The translations under genes and the position numbers were made by a program. Source: a virus (taxonomy: Duplodnaviria > Caudoviricetes). Taken from it: DNA of 64,000 nt. This document shows positions 39,130 through 48,661 of this stretch, piece after piece. The stretch's first letter is position 1. Every line of letters begins with the position of its first letter. Under the pieces are notes generated by a model, which saw only the letters and a list, made by a program, of their open reading frames with translations, searched no databases and was not told the origin of the DNA. The stretch covers positions 1 through 64,000 of IMG/VR virus record IMGVR_UViG_3300031992_000053, one strand, 5' to 3'.

Positions 39130-39170
39130 ATTAATATTTTGTTGGTTCAACTTTTTTTCGTACCTTTGCA
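39121..39170 (+). promoter_or_regulatory. fused terminator / sigmaA-type promoter
   Basis: Hairpin 39121-36/39140-55, TTTG 39138-41, 19-nt spacer, TACCTTTG 39161-68. Confidence 0.8.
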
Positions 39171-39188
39171 ATAGAAAATTTAAATGTT

Positions 39189-39512
39189 ATGATTACAAGA
39201 CAGAAGACTCTTAAACTTATAAAAGAGAAAGTTGACTCACGTGCATCTGGTAAGATTAAACTGAAGAAACAATTTACGTGTGAGTTTGTGGAAGGTACGT
39301 TCAAGCACACAGAACGTAGGAGAATTGTATCCTTGATTAAGCAAGGCAACTCTGTTATGTGGATAGATGACGCATATGCAATGCGCAATATCAACGTACT
39401 TGACACAAAAGATTTGCATAAGATTATGTGGCAGAATCTGAGTGATAAGGAGAAAGGGAAAATTGCGTTAGAGCATTTGATTTCAACAAAAACATATTTA
39501 GAGGAGAATTAA
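39189..39512 (+). CDS. hypothetical protein
   Basis: 107-aa ORF. Confidence 0.55.
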   Translation: MITRQKTLKLIKEKVDSRASGKIKLKKQFTCEFVEGTFKHTERRRIVSLIKQGNSVMWIDDAYAMRNINVLDTKDLHKIMWQNLSDKEKGKIALEHLISTKTYLEEN

Positions 39513-39514
39513 TT

Positions 39515-40159
39515 ATGAGGGAAATTTATATCACCGTCAACGGGGTCGGTATGACCAAAGATGAATATAAAGCTTATCGTGCATCAAAGGATACAAGCAA
39601 GAAGATTGTTAAACCCAAGAAGCGTGTAAAAGAAATAAGTGCGGTTGCATATGAGATTGAGAATATGTTAAAGCAGATGGGAACGCTGAAATCCGTTCAA
39701 GTGTATAAGAACCATGCATATCGCTCGTGGGGAACGATTGCCAATGAGATTCTTGCATATCACGGAATCAGAAAGCCTATGGCTGAATATTGTGTAAGGT
39801 TCGGTGAGCTTAACTGCCTGTTGGAGGAAATCCAGAAGATGGCAAAAAGAAACGAGAAAGCTGCATATCAGTATGTTGACAAGATGGCTTGGAAGCTAGA
39901 CGATATGAAGGCAAACATCGTTGATATGATGAGAGCCGTTAACGAGAGTGAAGTGTGTAAGCGTTTCGAACACCATGAGGCAATTAATGGCAAGGGAAGG
40001 CAACTAGGTTTGGGTACGATTGTTAACAAATGTTATGGGGCATTAACAAAAATCGAGGAGACCATTAAGGAGTTGAAGAGAATTGCAGATGAGGGAACTG
40101 ACCCATTTGCTGTAGGAGACCATATGAGTGCTAGGACAAGAGCAAGGTGTTGGGCATAA
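39515..40159 (+). CDS. hypothetical helical protein
   Basis: 214-aa ORF. Confidence 0.55.
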   Translation: MREIYITVNGVGMTKDEYKAYRASKDTSKKIVKPKKRVKEISAVAYEIENMLKQMGTLKSVQVYKNHAYRSWGTIANEILAYHGIRKPMAEYCVRFGELNCLLEEIQKMAKRNEKAAYQYVDKMAWKLDDMKANIVDMMRAVNESEVCKRFEHHEAINGKGRQLGLGTIVNKCYGALTKIEETIKELKRIADEGTDPFAVGDHMSARTRARCWA

Positions 40160-40175
40160 TTAAGGTTTTAAAGAA

Positions 40176-40676
40176 ATGGAACAAAATAAATTAAAACTTG
40201 GTGATTTAATTGCTTATTGTACAGCTACAAAAAAGTTTGTGCGAATAAGGAATTACATTAAGATTAAAGGAAAGACAGAATGGTTAATTCCCATTGCTAT
40301 ATATTGTTTTGATGGCATTAGTTTATATTTAAAAGATTTTAAAGGGATAAATTGGTATGATTCAATTATTAAAGTCAAAAACATAACGATAAAAAATGTT
40401 TTAAAGATAAGTTTTTTTGTTGGGGATGTAGAAACTTTAAAAAAGTTAATTAAGCATAAAGATATTTTGAATGATTGCATGCAAAAATTGTCCGAATATT
40501 CAATTGAATGCGATTTTATAGAAGATTTCACTTGGTTTTGGTCATTTACCGATTCTCAGTACAGTGATTGCAGTGCGATGTATGTCAGTGTGGGTACTAG
40601 CTGTGTGTACACCTATAGAAAGTCTACTTCTCGTCCGTATCTCCGTGTGAGGGCTTTCGCAGCTTTGAGCGTTTAA
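40176..40676 (+). CDS. putative DGR target protein (C-type-lectin-fold / DUF1566-like C-terminus)
   Basis: C-terminus WFWSFT..QYS...AMYV.....V....K......RVRAFAAL, with a GC-shifted 3' end rich in NNY codons. Confidence 0.6.
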   Translation: MEQNKLKLGDLIAYCTATKKFVRIRNYIKIKGKTEWLIPIAIYCFDGISLYLKDFKGINWYDSIIKVKNITIKNVLKISFFVGDVETLKKLIKHKDILNDCMQKLSEYSIECDFIEDFTWFWSFTDSQYSDCSAMYVSVGTSCVYTYRKSTSRPYLRVRAFAALSV

Positions 40677-40680
40677 CTTT

Positions 40681-40720
40681 TGTGCTTTGTCATACTACTA
40701 CTGACAAGGCACATTTTTTG
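40681..40720. terminator. hairpin after putative VR (terminator and/or DGR target hairpin)
   Basis: TGTGCTTTGTCA-tactactac-TGACAAGGCACA then TTTTTT. Confidence 0.7.
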
Positions 40721-40746
40721 TTTTGTTAAAATAGTTTTTTTCCTTT

Positions 40747-41217
40747 TTATCGTATTGGGTGGTCGAGTTCGCATAAAATATCTCCATGCTCTTTTAATTT
40801 AGTGTTAAAATCTTCAATTTGTTTTTTCATTGAATCTTGGTCATAAACTCTTCCATATCTATCTGGTTTATCAAAATTCATCCTTATTGGTACAATTCTA
40901 GTAGTGAAATAGAATGGATTATCTTTTAATGCTTCGATAGTCTTTTCCTTTTCCTCACAAATACCCCTAAAAGCCTTTGTGTCGCTTTCAGACAGTTCAA
41001 ACCATTCCCCTATAAGGTTTGATGATTTGAAGTGATTGTGGAGCATTTTTTCAAGTTTGAAAGGATGTTCTGTCTCATAATACTCTTTTATAAAGAGTTC
41101 AGAAGAGTTCCCAGTTTGTAGCTGTTTCAGCCTCTTGTTAACATCTTTTGCCTTGGTAGAACCTATCTTATATCTGCCTTTATTATCTATTTCACCTATC
41201 AAATAAACGTATCCCAT
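40747..41217 (-). CDS. T5orf172/MUG113-type GIY-YIG-like protein with prohead-protease-like tail
   Basis: YVYLI..YKIG..RLKQLQTGN..LEKMLH..GEWF, and C-terminal DRYGRVY...ELDHP. Confidence 0.8.
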   Translation of the reverse strand: MGYVYLIGEIDNKGRYKIGSTKAKDVNKRLKQLQTGNSSELFIKEYYETEHPFKLEKMLHNHFKSSNLIGEWFELSESDTKAFRGICEEKEKTIEALKDNPFYFTTRIVPIRMNFDKPDRYGRVYDQDSMKKQIEDFNTKLKEHGDILCELDHPIR

Positions 41218-41344
41218 AATTAATTAATATAAACCTTACAAAATATACTTTCTTTTTCCAAAAGCTAAATATTTATTATAAAAATAATAAATTAAGCAAG
41301 TCATTACTTGCTTTTCTTAATAAACTATTTAGTTAATTTAAATT

Positions 41345-44300
41345 ATGGCAAAAGACAGAAAAAAACTGGTACATATCCATAGTAAAATAACGGATAAACA
41401 GCCAAGACCAGAAGCCCTTGAGGTTGGCGAAATTGCGGTTAATAATGGTGTTAGTGGTAACACTGACCGCTCATTCCTTTCAATTAAAAATGCAAATGAT
41501 AAAGTTGTAAGATTTTCATCTGATGAACAGATGATTTTCTGGACTGAGAAGAAAGAAGTCATTCCTTTTGAGGGTCAAGTAAGAGGTGAAGATGGCCCAG
41601 AATCAACAAAGGATAGCGGTGATTATGGCTCATATGGTATTACCAATGATGACCTTCTTAACAATAAATCAAACCTTGTTATTAAGTTTAATCAAGTAGC
41701 AGCTTCTAATACCCCTAAGTCTGAAAAAATTAATGGCGGTAAAGACATTTATGGTAAACTAGTTAATGGAACACCTGATGCTTCTAGAGAAGGTGCTGGT
41801 ATTGCTATTGATATGTCTCGTTACGCTATGCGTGGGGCTAATCCTTCATTCAGTTCTTTGACAATTACTAATGACACAACATTGAGGGGTAACTTGAATG
41901 TTAGTGGGAATACCAAGATTGGTAATGGACTTAATGTGACAGGTGCCACCAACATTAATGGCGCAACTAAGATAACAGGTGACACAACTTTTAACGGTAA
42001 TGAAACCGTTAATGGCAATTTAACAGTTACTGGTAACACTAACATTAGTGGTGACACAAGAATCAAAAAGACCTTAACTGTTGATGGTGCTACTAAAATC
42101 AATAACAATTTAACAGTAACTGGTGACACTAACATCAGTGGTAACACAAGAGTTGATAAAAACTTGACTGTTAGTGGTAATACTAATGTTAGTGGTAATA
42201 CTACCATTAAGGGTGATACTAATATAAGTGGTAACACAACAATAGATAAAAATTTAACTGTAAATGGCGATACCAAGTTGCAGAAGCTTTCTGCTACAAC
42301 AGCAAATGTAACCAACTTATATGCAACTGGTAATATAAGTGGTTCTTCTTTAACAGCTACAACTATTAGCGGAACTAACGCAAATATTACAAATATAACT
42401 GCTAGTACTGAGAACGTAACTAATTTAACAGCCACAACTATTAGTGGTGGTACACTAAATGTCAGTGGTAATACAACTCTTAATAAAGTAACAGCAAATA
42501 CTATAAGTGCATCGAGTGTTAATAGTGTAAGTGGTAGTATAGATAATTTAACAGCAGTAACAGAGAATGTCACAAACTTAACTGCAAACACCTTCAGTGC
42601 ATCAAGTATTAGTGCTGCAAGCATTAGCGCTGCAAGCATTGATATAAAAGGAGGCTTATCTCACAAAATTACGTTCTCCTCTGGAAATACACCATCAATT
42701 ACAAATCCTGTATTTAATGGTTCGGCAGATACTACTGTTGTGATACCAACTGTTAGTGGTTATCCAGATAAAGCAGAATACAATTCAACAGACAAGAAGA
42801 TATACTTTAAGCATAACAACGCCACATTGACTTCAATGACGATTGATGCAACTGATTTTATTAAAGATGGAATGATTGAGAGTGTTGAAGTTGTTCCAAG
42901 TGGTGGTACATCATATCTTAAAATTGTGTGGAATTTAGACGGTAGTAGCGGTAGCACAAAAGATACTATATATCTAAACATTGGTGACTTATTCGAGGCT
43001 GACAACTATTTTACAAGAGACCAATTAACTGGTACTACCAATTATGTAACAGTAAGAAAGGCATATAGTGCAAACACTGCTTCCACAGTTGATTTAGCTG
43101 GTGTTACAAATGCAGATGACCTTAAGGCAATTGAGGCACTTACTGGAACTAGTGGTTTACTTAAAAAGACAGCGGCTAATACTTGGACTCTTGACACAAC
43201 AAGTTATCAAAATAAACTTACAGCTGGTAGGGCAATTAATATTGATAGCGATAATAAAATTTCATTTACTCTTCCAATCAGTGCTAGTACTGGAGTAAAT
43301 AGTATAATCGAAGGTAGTGGAACAAAAGCAATTGGTCATTATTCTCATGCTGAAGGTCGTTCAACAACAGCAAGTGGACAGTCTTCTCACGCTGAAGGGC
43401 AAAGCACAACAGCAAGTGATAGTTTCTCTCATGCTGAAGGTTATTACACAACAGCAAGCAATTGGGCTTCTCACGCTGAAGGGCAAGGCACAACAGCAAG
43501 TGGTTCTTATTCTCACGCTGAAGGTAGTGGAACAACAGCAAGTGGCGAAAGTTCTCACGCTGAAGGAAAAAGTACAGTAGCAAATGGTTTTGTTTCTCAC
43601 GCTGAAGGAGGTTATACAAAAGCAAATGGTTCATCTTCTCACGCTGAAGGACAGAACACAACAGCAAGTGGTGATTATTCTCACACTGAAGGTTATGAAA
43701 CAACAGCAAGTGGTGAAAGTTCTCATGCTGAAGGTGGTGGAGCAGCAGCAAGTGGTGATTTCTCTCACGCTGAAGGAAGTAGCGCAAAAGCAAATGGCAC
43801 ATCTTCCCACGCTGAAGGAAATTCCACAAAAGCAAATGGTTATTGTTCTCATGCTGAAGGAAGTAATACAATAGCAAGCGGTACATGTTCTCACGCTGAA
43901 GGAAATGGAACAACAGCAAGTGGACACTCTTCTCACGCTGAAGGTCAAGGAACACAAGCAATTGGTGACCAATCTCATGCTGAAGGTATGAATACAACAG
44001 CAAGTGGTTATTTCTCTCACGCTGAAGGACAAACCACAACAGCAAGTGGTAGTTTCTCTCACACTGAAGGCTATGGAGGAATAGCAAGTGGTAGTTCTTC
44101 TCACGCTGAAGGATATAGTACAAAAGCGATTGGTGGTTCTTCTCACGCTGAAGGATTTAATACAGTTGCAAATAATGATTCAGAGCATGCTAGTGGTAGA
44201 TATAATGTATCGTCTAGCGCATCCACAACGTTTGGTAACGCTGGTAACACATTATTCTCAGTCGGTAATGGTACAGCAGAAAATGCAAGACATAATGCAT

Positions 44301-45646
44301 TTGAGATTCGTCAGAATGGTGACATTTATATCACAAGTGGAGGTACTGACATTAAGCTTCAAGACCATTTAGGTGGTGGTGGAGGTACAAGTGGTTTTAT
44401 AAAAATTATAAACCCAACGGCTAGCACAAAAGTTGGACTTGTAAACAGCTTATCACAGTATTATGACACCAACATTGGCAAGGGTGCTGTAATTGAAGGC
44501 GATGGATATGATGATGACGGTACTATTTATAATATAGTTGCAAGTGGTATATATTCCCACGCAGAAGGTTCTTATACACAAGCAAGTGGTGTACAATCTC
44601 ATGCTGAAGGAGACAGTACAATAGCAAATGGTACTTGTTCACACGCTGAAGGTAGTGGTACACAAGCAATTGGTCCTTTTTCTCACACTGAAGGAAGTGG
44701 TACACAAGCAAGTGGTACTTGTTCACACGCTGAAGGTGGTAGTACACAAGCAAGTGGTGATTGTTCTCACGCTGAAGGAAGTAATACGATAGCGAGTGGT
44801 GACTCTTCACATGCTGAAGGAAGATACACAAAAGCAAATGGCACAGCTTCTCACGCTGAAGGAGATGGAACAACAGCAAGTGGCAGTTGTTCTCACGCTG
44901 AAGGACAAAGCACAACAGCAAGTGGTGATTATTCTCACGCTGAAGGTAGTAGTACAAAGGCAAATGGTGGTTATTCACACGCTGAAGGAGAAAACACAAT
45001 AGCAAGTGGTTCTTATTCTCACGCTGAAGGATTTGGTACAACAGCAAGTGGTCATTATGGTTCTCACGCTGAAGGTTTAAGTACAAAAGCAAATGGTAGT
45101 TCTTCTCACGCTGAAGGGTGGTACACAGTTGCAAATAACCAATCAGAGCACGCTAGCGGTCAGTATAATGTATCATCTAGTGCTTCCACGACATTTGGTA
45201 ATGCTGGTAACACATTATTCAGTGTGGGTAATGGTACATCAAATTCAACAAGACATAATGCATTTGAGATAAGGCAGAATGGTGACACTTATTTGAACGG
45301 TAAACTAAGTGTAACTGGTGATGTTACAGCAAACGCTTTCTACGCAACATCGGATGAAAGACTGAAGGAGAACATTGAAAATGTTTCATATGCTAAGATG
45401 GCAAATGCGGCAAACGTTAATATTAAGTCATTTAACTTCAAGAGTGATGAAGAGAAGAAGACTGTTATTGGCGTGATTGCGCAAGATGTTGAAAAGGAAA
45501 ACCTTGGATTCATTGTATCAACTTCAAGTGATGGCATGAAAGCTGTTGATTATACAGGTTTAAGTCTTCTTAAGATTGCATATCTTGAGCAGAAGATTAA
45601 AGAGCTTGAGAATATCATTAATGAATTAAAACAAAATAAACAATAA
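41345..45646 (+). CDS. tail fibre / receptor-binding protein with beta-helix and SHAEG repeats and C-terminal peptidase S74-type chaperone
   Basis: NLTVTGNTNISG repeats, 34 SH[A/T]EG repeats (YadA-head-like), terminal SDERLKENI..GVIAQDVE..VDY and coiled coil. ATATTTAT at 41269-76. Confidence 0.85.
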   Translation: MAKDRKKLVHIHSKITDKQPRPEALEVGEIAVNNGVSGNTDRSFLSIKNANDKVVRFSSDEQMIFWTEKKEVIPFEGQVRGEDGPESTKDSGDYGSYGITNDDLLNNKSNLVIKFNQVAASNTPKSEKINGGKDIYGKLVNGTPDASREGAGIAIDMSRYAMRGANPSFSSLTITNDTTLRGNLNVSGNTKIGNGLNVTGATNINGATKITGDTTFNGNETVNGNLTVTGNTNISGDTRIKKTLTVDGATKINNNLTVTGDTNISGNTRVDKNLTVSGNTNVSGNTTIKGDTNISGNTTIDKNLTVNGDTKLQKLSATTANVTNLYATGNISGSSLTATTISGTNANITNITASTENVTNLTATTISGGTLNVSGNTTLNKVTANTISASSVNSVSGSIDNLTAVTENVTNLTANTFSASSISAASISAASIDIKGGLSHKITFSSGNTPSITNPVFNGSADTTVVIPTVSGYPDKAEYNSTDKKIYFKHNNATLTSMTIDATDFIKDGMIESVEVVPSGGTSYLKIVWNLDGSSGSTKDTIYLNIGDLFEADNYFTRDQLTGTTNYVTVRKAYSANTASTVDLAGVTNADDLKAIEALTGTSGLLKKTAANTWTLDTTSYQNKLTAGRAINIDSDNKISFTLPISASTGVNSIIEGSGTKAIGHYSHAEGRSTTASGQSSHAEGQSTTASDSFSHAEGYYTTASNWASHAEGQGTTASGSYSHAEGSGTTASGESSHAEGKSTVANGFVSHAEGGYTKANGSSSHAEGQNTTASGDYSHTEGYETTASGESSHAEGGGAAASGDFSHAEGSSAKANGTSSHAEGNSTKANGYCSHAEGSNTIASGTCSHAEGNGTTASGHSSHAEGQGTQAIGDQSHAEGMNTTASGYFSHAEGQTTTASGSFSHTEGYGGIASGSSSHAEGYSTKAIGGSSHAEGFNTVANNDSEHASGRYNVSSSASTTFGNAGNTLFSVGNGTAENARHNAFEIRQNGDIYITSGGTDIKLQDHLGGGGGTSGFIKIINPTASTKVGLVNSLSQYYDTNIGKGAVIEGDGYDDDGTIYNIVASGIYSHAEGSYTQASGVQSHAEGDSTIANGTCSHAEGSGTQAIGPFSHTEGSGTQASGTCSHAEGGSTQASGDCSHAEGSNTIASGDSSHAEGRYTKANGTASHAEGDGTTASGSCSHAEGQSTTASGDYSHAEGSSTKANGGYSHAEGENTIASGSYSHAEGFGTTASGHYGSHAEGLSTKANGSSSHAEGWYTVANNQSEHASGQYNVSSSASTTFGNAGNTLFSVGNGTSNSTRHNAFEIRQNGDTYLNGKLSVTGDVTANAFYATSDERLKENIENVSYAKMANAANVNIKSFNFKSDEEKKTVIGVIAQDVEKENLGFIVSTSSDGMKAVDYTGLSLLKIAYLEQKIKELENIINELKQNKQ
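43340..44160 (+). repeat. 42-nt (14-aa) tandem repeat block 1, 20 units
   Basis: Core tctca[c/t]gctgaagg....acaacagcaagtgg. Confidence 0.9.
44553..45120 (+). repeat. 42-nt tandem repeat block 2, 14 units
   Basis: Same core, one unit carries a one-codon insertion. Both blocks are followed by a duplicated neck module (about 44161-44330 and 45122-45290). Confidence 0.9.
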
Positions 45647-45652
45647 ATAATA

Positions 45653-45692
45653 AAATGGCTGTGTTGTAACAGAATTATAATGCAGCCATTTA
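45653..45692 (+). terminator. hairpin / probable terminator
   Basis: AAATGGCTGTGTTGTAA-caga-TTATAATGCAGCCATTT-type pairing. Confidence 0.6.
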
Positions 45693-45711
45693 TTAATATT
45701 AGTTAAATGAT

Positions 45712-46296
45712 ATGGCATATAAAATAGCAAATATAAAATGGCTTAGAGACCAAGGTTGGAGTATTTCATCATCTTATGCAAGCGGCTTGTGTCCAACATA
45801 TAATGAAATTGTGAATGAAATTCCAAAAGGCTCGATTACAGTTGATGTCAATGGAACTTGCGTTGCAACGTCTAAGGCATATACAAATAATCAATTGGTT
45901 TGTGAAGGTGATATAAGTATTGGTAGTGCTCCAACTTGTACTTGTAGCAAGATAAATGTTACAACAACTGAATTAAATATTAGTGCTAGCTCTGCATTAA
46001 CTCAAGTTGGTACTATTACAGATAGCAGTTGTACTTCTAATGTAACATATGAATCAACACAGTCAACTTGGTTAACTGCTTCTACAAGCGGCACTAATAT
46101 TAGAATTGAATGCTCTAAAAATACAACATTTAACAGTAGAAATGGCTCTGTTAACATTAAAATGAATGGTACTACATGTGCAACAGTTAATGTCACACAA
46201 AATGGTATAACTTGTCCACAATATCAGATAGTACTAGATAAAGAAGTTACATGCGATGGTGGTGCAGTGCATTTTAGTATTGCGACAAACGCATAA
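45712..46296 (+). CDS. BACON-domain tail-associated protein
   Basis: STWLT...SKNTT...RNGSV...VNVTQNG pattern, Cys-rich. Confidence 0.7.
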   Translation: MAYKIANIKWLRDQGWSISSSYASGLCPTYNEIVNEIPKGSITVDVNGTCVATSKAYTNNQLVCEGDISIGSAPTCTCSKINVTTTELNISASSALTQVGTITDSSCTSNVTYESTQSTWLTASTSGTNIRIECSKNTTFNSRNGSVNIKMNGTTCATVNVTQNGITCPQYQIVLDKEVTCDGGAVHFSIATNA

Positions 46297-46322
46297 AATA
46301 ATATATCTAATAATATAACAAT

Positions 46323-47363
46323 ATGGCAACATGGAATTCAACTCCGAATGTTCCACATACTGATGATGGAACATTCAATTTTCCACAAAACACTACCGAT
46401 GATGATATTGTATATGCAATAAATTACACAGACGATAGTGGATGTACTGCATCAACAACATATACAGTTCCAAGTTGTAGTTGTGGCAGATATAAGTTTT
46501 TTGACCTTGGAACAGAGGTTGCAGCAAGTGGTGGAACACAAGCATTATGTTATTCAACAGTTAAAGAGTCTGCTCTAGTTTTTGACGCTGCAAAATCAAC
46601 CTCTTGGATAACATATACAAGAACACAATCTGGAAAGGAATATCAAAGTTACATATGTACAGTTTCTCCAAATGAGAACAGTTCGTATAGAATTGGAGAT
46701 GCTGTTTTCACTTCAAGCGATGGTTGTGAGTTCACCGCAAGTGTTACGCAAAAAGGTGCTATTGATTGCAGTGTATATGGTTTTGTAGACCAACACTATC
46801 AGTTGTCTGCCAATTCTGGTAATGGTGTAGTTGCTTTGTCATCTGTAAGTGCTGGCACATTAACGTTTTCTAGAAGTAAATCATCAAATTGGATTTCATT
46901 TGTTAGTGTACAAGGCGGAGGTATGATAAATGCATATGTATGTTCAATTGAAGCCAATAACACTGGTGTTGAAAGAGTTGGTTATGCAGTGTTCTCATCG
47001 CTTGATGGGTGTGAGTTTAGTGGAACTGTCACACAATCATCAGAAGTACCTGTACAAAAAGTTGAATATAGGGTGGTGTTTGCTGAGAACAACAACCCTA
47101 ATGTAGAGAACATTACGGACTTGAGATTCGCTTTCACTAATGGAAGCGATGAGCGTAGTTATGATACAACAGACAAACCAAGTGGTGGATTTAGAGTTGG
47201 TACTGAGGCAAAACTTTATGCAGATGCTGGCTATACATATAACAGAGTCATTAGTCTAGCAGTTAACAATGGAACACCAAGACCACCTTCTGACTTGACA
47301 GTTACATTTGACAACGCCTCAAAAACTATAACAGTGAAATACACATACACTGGTAAAATCTAA
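46323..47363 (+). CDS. tandem BACON-domain protein
   Basis: Two copies of SWI...V.PN....R.G...F.......VTQ. Confidence 0.7.
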   Translation: MATWNSTPNVPHTDDGTFNFPQNTTDDDIVYAINYTDDSGCTASTTYTVPSCSCGRYKFFDLGTEVAASGGTQALCYSTVKESALVFDAAKSTSWITYTRTQSGKEYQSYICTVSPNENSSYRIGDAVFTSSDGCEFTASVTQKGAIDCSVYGFVDQHYQLSANSGNGVVALSSVSAGTLTFSRSKSSNWISFVSVQGGGMINAYVCSIEANNTGVERVGYAVFSSLDGCEFSGTVTQSSEVPVQKVEYRVVFAENNNPNVENITDLRFAFTNGSDERSYDTTDKPSGGFRVGTEAKLYADAGYTYNRVISLAVNNGTPRPPSDLTVTFDNASKTITVKYTYTGKI

Positions 47364-47441
47364 ATAACATTGCTTCTAGCGAATGAGGAAACAATAAGTT
47401 CAGCTTTAAACGACCTTAATTTACGTTTAATCATGACTTAA
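47364..47441 (+). pseudogene. relic coding fragment (NEETISSALNDLNLRL)
   Basis: In-frame open stretch after the TAA of the BACON gene with coiled-coil character and no convincing start. Confidence 0.35.
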
Positions 47442-47451
47442 TGAATAGGAA

Positions 47452-47485
47452 AAAAAAAGGAGAACTGCCTAGTTCTCCTTTTTTA
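47452..47485 (+). terminator. intrinsic terminator
   Basis: AAAAAAGGAGAACT-gcct-AGTTCTCCTTTTTT. Confidence 0.85.
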
Positions 47486-47534
47486 TTTTTTAGTTTAAAA
47501 TTAGGTAAATGGTATAGCAGTTGGCATAAAATAT

Positions 47535-47569
47535 ATGGGTGAGTCAACCGAGACCCACCCATTTTTTTT
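47535..47569 (+). terminator. second intrinsic terminator
   Basis: ATGGGTGAGTC..GACCCACCCATTTTTTTT. Confidence 0.7.
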
Positions 47570-47663
47570 ATGGCTAGCAAGTATATAGTTCCCATTATTT
47601 TGTTTAAATTAAATTTGTTTTTTTAATATATTTTATATATCTTTGCAAAAAAATTGTTAAATA

Positions 47664-47816
47664 ATGACTAAGAAAGAGGCAGATAATATAATTAAATTCA
47701 TTACGGATAGAACATGGCATGGCTACTCTTGTCTAGGAAGTTGGGGGCATTTCAATTCTTCTGATGTTGTTGATGTCAAACCTCTCGTTGCAAAAATAAA
47801 AAGAATGATAGAGTAA
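47664..47816 (+). CDS. small hypothetical protein (50 aa)
   Basis: Behind a sigmaA-type promoter at about 47614-47646, TAATG overlap with the next gene. Confidence 0.55.
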   Translation: MTKKEADNIIKFITDRTWHGYSCLGSWGHFNSSDVVDVKPLVAKIKRMIE

Positions 47817-48661
47817 TGAAAAAAATAGTAGTTAATGGAGAACCAAAGGAAGTTACAGTTATAAGAAACAAGATACTAAAGGAATTCAAAGACCTTGAAT
47901 TTATTGAGGATGGGCATAAATATTTCCTAAATGGAATGCAATTACCCTCAGTATCGGAGGTAACGCATAAATTCTGCCAATATCCTTTTGACACGGAAGC
48001 ACAAGCAATTGCTTATGCTGAGAGGCATGGAGAAACACCTCAACATTGGCTTGATGAATGGAGGTTTAAGAATCTTAGAGCAACGACAACTGGTACATTA
48101 GTACATGCTTACGGGGAATCATTGGGATGGTTGAGGAATGGTCATCCAGAGTTTATAACTGAAGAAAATAAATGCAAATTTATCAAGGATAAAAATTGGT
48201 TAATTCCAACAAGACCAAAAGAAGAAGCAATATTAAAATTCTATAATGAGTTGCATTCAAATCTTCATTTTGTTTTGGCTGAGACAAAGGTTTATACTGG
48301 AAAAAACAAGGAACTTACAAACTTAAAACAAGACTATTGTGGTACGTTTGATATATTGTTTTACTACAAGGATGAAGAGGATGATTCCAAGAGTGGATTA
48401 TGTATATTTGATTTTAAAACAAACAAAGAATTAACCAAACAGTTTAGTCACGAGGCTAACAAATTTCTTCTGCCTCCTTTTGGCGATTTATATGAAGAGC
48501 CTTTGTCATATTATACGGCTCAGTTGAGTTGCTACCAAATTCCATTGGAAGATATTGGGTTAAAGGTAATTGCGAGAAGAATTGTATGGTTAAAGGATGA
48601 TGGTGACTACGAATTAATACCTTTACAAGACGTTACAAATAGATTAAGACAAGTGTTATGA
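47816..48661 (+). CDS. PD-(D/E)xK exonuclease (RecB/Cas4-like phage nuclease)
   Basis: HKY..LPSVS, GTLVH, E, GTFD, IFDFKTN, QLSCY. Confidence 0.8.
   Translation: MKKIVVNGEPKEVTVIRNKILKEFKDLEFIEDGHKYFLNGMQLPSVSEVTHKFCQYPFDTEAQAIAYAERHGETPQHWLDEWRFKNLRATTTGTLVHAYGESLGWLRNGHPEFITEENKCKFIKDKNWLIPTRPKEEAILKFYNELHSNLHFVLAETKVYTGKNKELTNLKQDYCGTFDILFYYKDEEDDSKSGLCIFDFKTNKELTKQFSHEANKFLLPPFGDLYEEPLSYYTAQLSCYQIPLEDIGLKVIARRIVWLKDDGDYELIPLQDVTNRLRQVL

Noticed and set aside
43340-45120. CRISPR array suggested by regular 42-nt periodicity
   Set aside because: Repeats are in-frame 14-aa coding units of the tail fibre, without unique spacers of CRISPR length and with no cas operon.
41821-45134. Long antisense and alternate-frame ORFs (41821-42639, 43284-44123, 43631-44146, 44523-45134)
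   Set aside because: Shadows of the repetitive, codon-biased tail-fibre gene with low-complexity translations.
47816-48661. Cas4 / CRISPR adaptation gene
   Set aside because: PD-(D/E)xK motifs are present but the four-Cys Fe-S pattern and any cas context are missing. It is an ordinary phage exonuclease.
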